Assembly: GCA_030612665.1 (NCBI GenBank)
Contig: JAUWNL010000003.1
Location: 1 to 55,247, forward strand
From: an archaeon
GTDB lineage: Archaea; Nanobdellota; Nanobdellia; Pacearchaeales; UBA284
Direction: 5' to 3'
Length of the DNA: 55,247 bases
Under the pieces are notes generated by a model. That model worked only from the letters and a program-made list of their open reading frames with translations. It ran no database searches and had not been told where the DNA came from. A program made the position numbers and the translations under genes. How positions within the stretch are numbered: the stretch's first letter is position 1; the number at the start of each line of letters is the position of its first letter. Shown here one piece after another: positions 49,051 through 55,247 of the stretch.

Positions 49051-49333
49051 TTTCCTCTTTTGTTTCCTCTTTTATCTTGCTCTTTATAAAAAATTAAGGG
49101 AAAAATAGTTTAAATATATTTCGTTGGTACAATGCAAATATAAAACATAAAGAAATAAAAGAGGTAAAGATGTTAAAAGAATATTATGGTTATGATTATG
49201 GAAATTATGATTATAGAAACAAAGATAATCAAAATAAATACTAAATAAATACTAAAAATCTAGATTTATCTAAGATTATAAGATTAAAAACATTGGTTAA
49301 TTAAAAATCCTTATAATAAACAACAGGTAAACA

Positions 49334-50521
49334 ATGGGATTTATTGATTTTTTAAAAAAATTAATAGAAAAGAATAGAACTAAAGAGTCTGAAAGAGAAA
49401 CAGAAAAAGTGGCTTTTGATGAGATTGGAGATTGGGTTGAAAACAAAGGAAAAGAAATTAAAGATAAAGAAAAAGAGGTTTTTGTTTTGATACAGGAAAA
49501 AATTAATTTTTTTATTAATGAACTTAAGGAAAAAGCAGATATTTTAGAGAGTGTTGATGTTGATTCAATAAAGACTAAAGATAAAATTAAATCCATAGTA
49601 AATGAAGGAAGGGAAAAATACCTTGAAAAAATAAAAGATTTCTCAGAGAGTTTAAGTATATTGAAAAAAAACAACCTTGAGGAATTTATTTTGGATGTAA
49701 ACAAACTTTATTACAATTTTAGTAAGAGTTCACGTATGAGTTATGAAAGAACCACTATTTTAATTGGAAAGGAAATAGGTAATATAAAAGAGAGAGTAAC
49801 TGGTTTTTCTAAATATTTAACAAAGACATTTGATAAAAATAAAGATATTATTAATTCTTCTAAAATAATCTCTTTTATTAAATTAAAATTAAAGCATGTT
49901 ATTGAAATGGAGAGGATTCTTAAGGAAATTGATGAATCAATAACCTCTTTAGATAAAAAAATAACTGAAAAAAAACAAGAAAATAAGGAAATTATTGAAG
50001 AAATTGAAAAGATTAAAAAAGAGAAAAGTTATATTGAAAATTTAAAAAAACAAGAAAAAATTAAATTATTGGAGGGGGCGTTAGAAAAAGATATTTTCAG
50101 TTTAAGGCAACTTATTGATTTTAAAGCACTGGCTAATTTTTTCCATATTTTTGAAGAACAAATGAATATTGTAAAATCTCATAAAGAAGATTTTCAAACA
50201 AACTTTCAGGGAGATGGTGGGGCAAGCATTCTAATCCTGCTTGACGAAGCTAAATTAAATAATGAAGCAATCTTAGCCAAGATAAAACAAATTAATGACA
50301 AAAAAGACGAAATAATCAAAAATAAAGCAACAATTAAGAAAGATGAAATTGAAGATTTATTAGCTGAAATAAAAAAGATAAAATTAGAAATTGAAAAGTT
50401 AAATAACGAAAAGGCAAAAAAGCTAAAAAGAGGCGAAAGGCTTAAAATAAGCAGAGAAAAAATAATAAACTCAATAAAACAGGGGCTGGCTAAAATAAAT
50501 GTGATTATACTAGATGTTTAG
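49334..50521 (+). CDS. Coiled-coil hypothetical protein
   Basis: 395-aa K/E-rich heptad pattern. Confidence 0.7.
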   Translation: MGFIDFLKKLIEKNRTKESERETEKVAFDEIGDWVENKGKEIKDKEKEVFVLIQEKINFFINELKEKADILESVDVDSIKTKDKIKSIVNEGREKYLEKIKDFSESLSILKKNNLEEFILDVNKLYYNFSKSSRMSYERTTILIGKEIGNIKERVTGFSKYLTKTFDKNKDIINSSKIISFIKLKLKHVIEMERILKEIDESITSLDKKITEKKQENKEIIEEIEKIKKEKSYIENLKKQEKIKLLEGALEKDIFSLRQLIDFKALANFFHIFEEQMNIVKSHKEDFQTNFQGDGGASILILLDEAKLNNEAILAKIKQINDKKDEIIKNKATIKKDEIEDLLAEIKKIKLEIEKLNNEKAKKLKRGERLKISREKIINSIKQGLAKINVIILDV

Positions 50522-50703
50522 TATATAAAATCACTGAGAAAAAATTTAACTCAATGCAAATATTTTTATATCAAATCCCTCTTCTAAAATATATCTTTTG
50601 AAATATATAAATTACAGATTATAAGTTATAATATAAAGTATAATATAAAATATAAATTATAAAAAAAGAGGTAAGAGAGATAATAGAAACAAGAGAGGTG
50701 TGA

Positions 50704-52500
50704 ATGGTGATTGATATATCTACTATAGCTAGTTTTTTTTCAGGAATTCTTTCAGCTCTAGGTACAGCTTTTTCTTCATTTTCTTCTGGAGTTTCATCTC
50801 TACAAATTTTACTTTCCCAGCTTCCTGAGAGCCAGGCTGTATTGATTAGTATAGGATTAATTATTATTGTTGCCGCTTTCTTTGCCTTGGTTATGAAATC
50901 TCTTAGACAAGAAATGATTCCCGCATATATTATTGCCGGCCTGATAATCGGCCCTCTTGTTCTTGGTTTGGTGAAAAATACAATTTTGATTTCAGTTTTT
51001 GCTGAGATTGGAATAGCTTTCTTGTTGTTTGTTGCTGGACTTGAAATTAGTATTTCAAAATTAAAGGAAACTTCTCTTGGTTCTGTACTTGCTGGATGTT
51101 TTCAAATTGCAATAATTGGCGCAGCAACTTTCTTTATTTCTCAGGCTCTAGGCTTTTCTTTGATTACAGGGATTTATCTTGCCTTAATTTTATCATTTAG
51201 CTCAACTATCCTTGTTATCAAATTACTTGCAGATAAATATGAAGTTAATACCTTACATGGCAGAATAATCATTTCAATTCTTTTGATACAAGATATTGTT
51301 GCAATCTTTGCTCTTGCTTTACTTTCAAAGGAATTTTCTTCATACTTTATTTTTATTGCTCTAACAAAACTGGTTTTAATGTTATCATTTGCTTTTATTT
51401 TAAACAAAACTGTTCTTAAGCCTTTATTCAAATTTTCCTCAAAATCCCCAGAATTATTATTTATTGTTGCTATAGCTTTCTTATTTTTATTTGCTGCTTT
51501 CTCATACTTATTAGGCTTTTCAATTATTATTGGTTCTTTTATTGCAGGTCTTGCTCTAGCTAATTTACATTATAAAACAGAGATAGAATCAAAAATCAGA
51601 CCTCTTCGTGATTTCTTTGCAATCATATTTTTCGTGTCACTTGGAATGTTGCTTACTTCATTTAATATTATACCTATTATTATTCCATTCCTCATTTTCC
51701 TTGCTCTTGTTTTAATTGCCAAACCATTGATTATTGCATTTTTTGTAAGAATCGTAGGCTACAAAAGAAGAACAAGTGCTTTGACAGGATTTGGTCTTGC
51801 TCAAATATCCGAATTTTCATTGATTCTTGCATTCCAAGGTCTTCTTTTAGGAATGTTAACACAAGAAATATTTACAATTGTTGTCCTTATTGCTATAGTC
51901 AGTATGGGTTTAACTCCTTATTTTATCAAAGGAAGCATGACACTCTATTCAAAGACAATCGGGTCATTATGGCTCTTAGACAAACTGCCAACTTTCAGAG
52001 AGAAAACAAGATACAAGGGAGAAAAAAAGAAAACTGTCCTATTGATTGGTTGCCACAGGATGGGTTCTATATTTTTGAAAAAACTTAAGAAATACCATCA
52101 CAAAATCCTTGCTGTAGATTTTAATCCTGAAATTATTAAATCTCTTGAAAATAAGAATATCTCGGCGATTTATGGAGACATCTCAAATACAGAAATTTTA
52201 AATCACTTACCACTTAAAAGACTTAGGGTTGTTATTTCAACTATTCCAAGAAAAGAAGATAATCTTCTTATAATAGGTTATTTCAAAAAATTTTGGCCAA
52301 GAATTTTTATTGTAGTGACTGCACAGAATATTGATGGGGCTCTTGAAATGTACAAAGAAAAAGCTGACTATGTTATGTTGCCACTGATTACGACCGCTGA
52401 AATGAGCGTAAATATGATTAAGAAATTAAATAAATGGCAATTTAGGAAATTAAAAAAAGATCATATAAAATATCTAAGAGAACTGAAGAAAGAGATCTAA
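50704..52500 (+). CDS. CPA2/Kef-type cation:proton antiporter with TrkA-N domain
   Basis: AYIIAGLIIGP, SFSSTI, LLIQD, LAQISEFS, IGCHRMG, IYGD. Confidence 0.92.
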   Translation: MVIDISTIASFFSGILSALGTAFSSFSSGVSSLQILLSQLPESQAVLISIGLIIIVAAFFALVMKSLRQEMIPAYIIAGLIIGPLVLGLVKNTILISVFAEIGIAFLLFVAGLEISISKLKETSLGSVLAGCFQIAIIGAATFFISQALGFSLITGIYLALILSFSSTILVIKLLADKYEVNTLHGRIIISILLIQDIVAIFALALLSKEFSSYFIFIALTKLVLMLSFAFILNKTVLKPLFKFSSKSPELLFIVAIAFLFLFAAFSYLLGFSIIIGSFIAGLALANLHYKTEIESKIRPLRDFFAIIFFVSLGMLLTSFNIIPIIIPFLIFLALVLIAKPLIIAFFVRIVGYKRRTSALTGFGLAQISEFSLILAFQGLLLGMLTQEIFTIVVLIAIVSMGLTPYFIKGSMTLYSKTIGSLWLLDKLPTFREKTRYKGEKKKTVLLIGCHRMGSIFLKKLKKYHHKILAVDFNPEIIKSLENKNISAIYGDISNTEILNHLPLKRLRVVISTIPRKEDNLLIIGYFKKFWPRIFIVVTAQNIDGALEMYKEKADYVMLPLITTAEMSVNMIKKLNKWQFRKLKKDHIKYLRELKKEI

Positions 52501-52565
52501 AGAAAGAGATTTAATTGATAATCTAGCTGATTATCTATCTGATTATTATTTATTAGTTGATGATA

Positions 52566-54056
52566 TTAGTTGATGACAATTGCCTTTGAATCTTTAAAGA
52601 TTTTTTCTGCGTAATTCAATTTTCTTTTATTTTCTGAATAAATTGTAGCAATTATATCATTCTTTTTTACAAAATCTCCGACTTGCTTATGAAGATAAAT
52701 GCCTGCTCTTTTGTCTGCAGGACATCCAGCGACTCTTGCAACAAAATTTATTTTTTTATTATTCATTTCTTCTATCTTGCCATGTTCTTCTGCAATAATT
52801 ATTTTTTTGAAATTAGCTAACCTTAATTTTTCATTTAAATCTCCAAAGTTTCCGTGCTGTGCCTTTATAATCTCCTTGAATTTTTCAAGAGCTTGCCCTG
52901 AATTAAGGATATATGAAGCAAGCCTTTTACCATGACCTTTTTTTGTTTTTCCAGCAAGTTCAAAGATTAGCCCAGCAAGAACAATTGCTTTAGCCTCGAG
53001 ATCTAAAGGTCTTGATTTTTCTCTTACAAGAACTGCAAGGATATCTCTCATTTCAAGAACAGGGCCTATTCCTTTTCCTATTGGTTGATTTCCATCTGTT
53101 AATGCTATCATGATTTTTAGTCCAAGAAGGGTTGATATTTTATGGAATTTTTTTGCAAGTTTTTTTGCTTGTCCAAAATTTACTTTTGCTCCTTTTCCAA
53201 AAGGAATATCAAGTAAAAAATGAGTTGCACCAACTGAAACTTTTTTTGCAAGAATCGAAGCAATGAGTTGTGCCTGAGGGTCAATACCCATTATCCTCTC
53301 TACTTGTATTATTTTATCATCTGTAGGTGCCAAGCCAAGAGAACCACCCCAGACGAGACATGCATTATTCTTATTTACTATTTTTTTAATCTCTTCAAGT
53401 GAAAATTCTACATTGCATAAAGTTTCAATAACATCTGCAGTTCCAGCAGCACTTGTTATAGCTCTCGATGATGTTTTGGGCATCACGAGTCCTGTGGCAG
53501 CACAAATCGCAATAACAATCGGAGTAGTCCTATTTCCTGCTATTCCTCCAATACTATGTTTGTCTATAATCATCTTTTTATTTAAATCAAGAATTTTTCC
53601 AATCTTGACCATCGCATTGGTTAGTGCAATTGTCTCATTATCATTCATTCCATAGACATACATTCCAGAAATAAAATAAGCAATTTCAGTTTCAGTTAGA
53701 GAATTTTTATATATATCCTTCATTATAGAAAAAATTTCAGTATAACTGAGTTTTTTTCCTTGCAGCTTTTTCAAAATAAAATTAGTACTTAAAGGTTTTA
53801 ATGCTGGTTCAATATCTACTAAAGAATCTTCTCTTAATCTGAGTTTCTTGAAAATTTCATAAGAAACAACAATTTCATCTTCTTTAAGAATGCCTGTTGC
53901 AATATCAACAATTGAAATTATTTCTTGATGATCTTTTTTCTTTCTTATAGCTACTCTTTCTCCAGAATGAACATCTAGTTTTTGAGAAACTTTTTGATGA
54001 ATAATTGCTACAGGACGACCTGCCAAAAATTTTAAAGATTTTACTTTTAGTAACAT
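52566..54056 (-). CDS. AMP phosphorylase (thymidine phosphorylase family)
   Basis: DKHSIGGIAGNRTT, KTSSRAITSAAGTAD; N-terminal extension typical of AMP phosphorylase. Confidence 0.92.
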   Translation of the reverse strand: MLLKVKSLKFLAGRPVAIIHQKVSQKLDVHSGERVAIRKKKDHQEIISIVDIATGILKEDEIVVSYEIFKKLRLREDSLVDIEPALKPLSTNFILKKLQGKKLSYTEIFSIMKDIYKNSLTETEIAYFISGMYVYGMNDNETIALTNAMVKIGKILDLNKKMIIDKHSIGGIAGNRTTPIVIAICAATGLVMPKTSSRAITSAAGTADVIETLCNVEFSLEEIKKIVNKNNACLVWGGSLGLAPTDDKIIQVERIMGIDPQAQLIASILAKKVSVGATHFLLDIPFGKGAKVNFGQAKKLAKKFHKISTLLGLKIMIALTDGNQPIGKGIGPVLEMRDILAVLVREKSRPLDLEAKAIVLAGLIFELAGKTKKGHGKRLASYILNSGQALEKFKEIIKAQHGNFGDLNEKLRLANFKKIIIAEEHGKIEEMNNKKINFVARVAGCPADKRAGIYLHKQVGDFVKKNDIIATIYSENKRKLNYAEKIFKDSKAIVIN

Positions 54057-54101
54057 AACAATAATCTCCCTCTTTTACCTCTTTTTTAATTTTTCAAAAT
54101 T

Positions 54102-55109
54102 CTATTTTCTTTTTTTATAAATTTGTATAAATATTAAAATATATTCTATAATAATAGGGCCTACAACTAATCCAACTGGTCCAATCAATGCAAGTCCTCC
54201 CAGCATGCCGACGAGGGCTATTGCAGGATTTATTTTTCCTTTTTTTCCTACAATATGTGGCCTTATAACATCATCAATTAATCCAACAATGATTAATCCA
54301 TAAACCATCAATAAGATACCATTTACAACATCTCCTGATGCAATCATCATCAATCCAACAGGAATCCAAACAAGCCATGCACCAACAAAAGGCAAGATTG
54401 AAAGGAATACAGCAAGTACAGTGAAGAATAAAGGAGATGGAGCACCAAATAAATAAAAGGAGATTCCTGCAGTAATACCTTGGATAATCCCTATGATAAT
54501 TTGTCCGAAGATTGTTGCATTTGCAATGTCTGCAGATCTTTTTAAGAATCTGTCTTTTATCTTTTTTTCAAAAGGAAATAAACTATAAAGATTTTTGATA
54601 ATTTTTTTACCATCTCTCAAAAAGTAGAAAGTCACAAAAAAAGTAACAAAGATTTGTAAGAATAATTTTGGAGCATCAGTAATCACAGTTCCAGCACTAT
54701 TCATGAAACTATTAATTGCTTCTGTTGCTGTTTGTTGGATTGAAATTGTTAATTGCCTGCTTAATTCCGGAGCATCTATAAATATTCTAGATAGAAGATT
54801 ATTTATTATATTAAATATATCAATTTTTTGAATTGAAAGATAAAGATTAAAAGCTTCTTTTATTGCGATTTGTGCTATAAACCATAACATGACTGCCACA
54901 GCTGCAATAAAAACAAACGTTATGATCCCTGCACTTAAATTAGGTTTTTTTATTAGCTTGACTAATCTTTTATGAATTGGGTGTAACATGTATGCGAAAA
55001 CTGCAGCAAATAAAATTGCCCCTATAAAAGGTTTGATCAGAAAAAAGGTTAATACAATTAAAGCGAGAAATATAGTTATTGCTAAAATTTTCTTCACATC
55101 TTTTTCCAT
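54102..55109 (-). CDS. AI-2E family transporter
   Basis: FYFLRDG, LPFVGAWLVWIP, DDVIRP, GLVVGP. Confidence 0.9.
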   Translation of the reverse strand: MEKDVKKILAITIFLALIVLTFFLIKPFIGAILFAAVFAYMLHPIHKRLVKLIKKPNLSAGIITFVFIAAVAVMLWFIAQIAIKEAFNLYLSIQKIDIFNIINNLLSRIFIDAPELSRQLTISIQQTATEAINSFMNSAGTVITDAPKLFLQIFVTFFVTFYFLRDGKKIIKNLYSLFPFEKKIKDRFLKRSADIANATIFGQIIIGIIQGITAGISFYLFGAPSPLFFTVLAVFLSILPFVGAWLVWIPVGLMMIASGDVVNGILLMVYGLIIVGLIDDVIRPHIVGKKGKINPAIALVGMLGGLALIGPVGLVVGPIIIEYILIFIQIYKKRK

Positions 55110-55247
55110 AATACAACAAGCTTTTTATATCTTATAAACTTTTTTAAATAAATCAAAAAAGAGAGAAAATATAAAAACAATATAAAACCAATATAAAAAC
55201 AAAGATTTAAATATATCTGTTACTATCAAGAAGTAGTATTAAAATGG

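Overview
AT-rich archaeal chromosomal segment, most consistent with a DPANN archaeon of the Pacearchaeota/Woesearchaeota type. Core genes include thermosome, TFS, aIF2-gamma, aIF5B, S6e, class I CCA-adding enzyme, archease-rtcB, RNase HII, AMP phosphorylase, class III RNR, class III-signal pilins, 5 intron-less tRNAs and a 7S SRP RNA. The core genes are interleaved with 1-3 gene accessory cassettes: toxin-antitoxin pairs, a DUF4143 ATPase, TolB-like proteins, a T9SS-CTD-like protein and orphans. The most striking signal is not named by any ORF: many cassettes are bracketed by a duplicated piece of the neighbouring core locus (cca 5' end, cca 3' end, aIF2-gamma 3' end, tRNA-Leu 3' end, smc promoter, and possibly the infB and kef leaders). 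In the protein-coding cases the two copies differ mainly at synonymous positions. This suggests gene-sized cassettes entering at core-gene termini together with a foreign allele of the target end; no integrase is visible in the window. Other unusual items for an archaeon are an intact GGDEF diguanylate cyclase, a bacterial-type Lgt with lipobox-bearing candidate substrates, a short SMC with no recognisable hinge, and an atypical initiator tRNA. All calls are from reading the sequence by eye; no searches were run.
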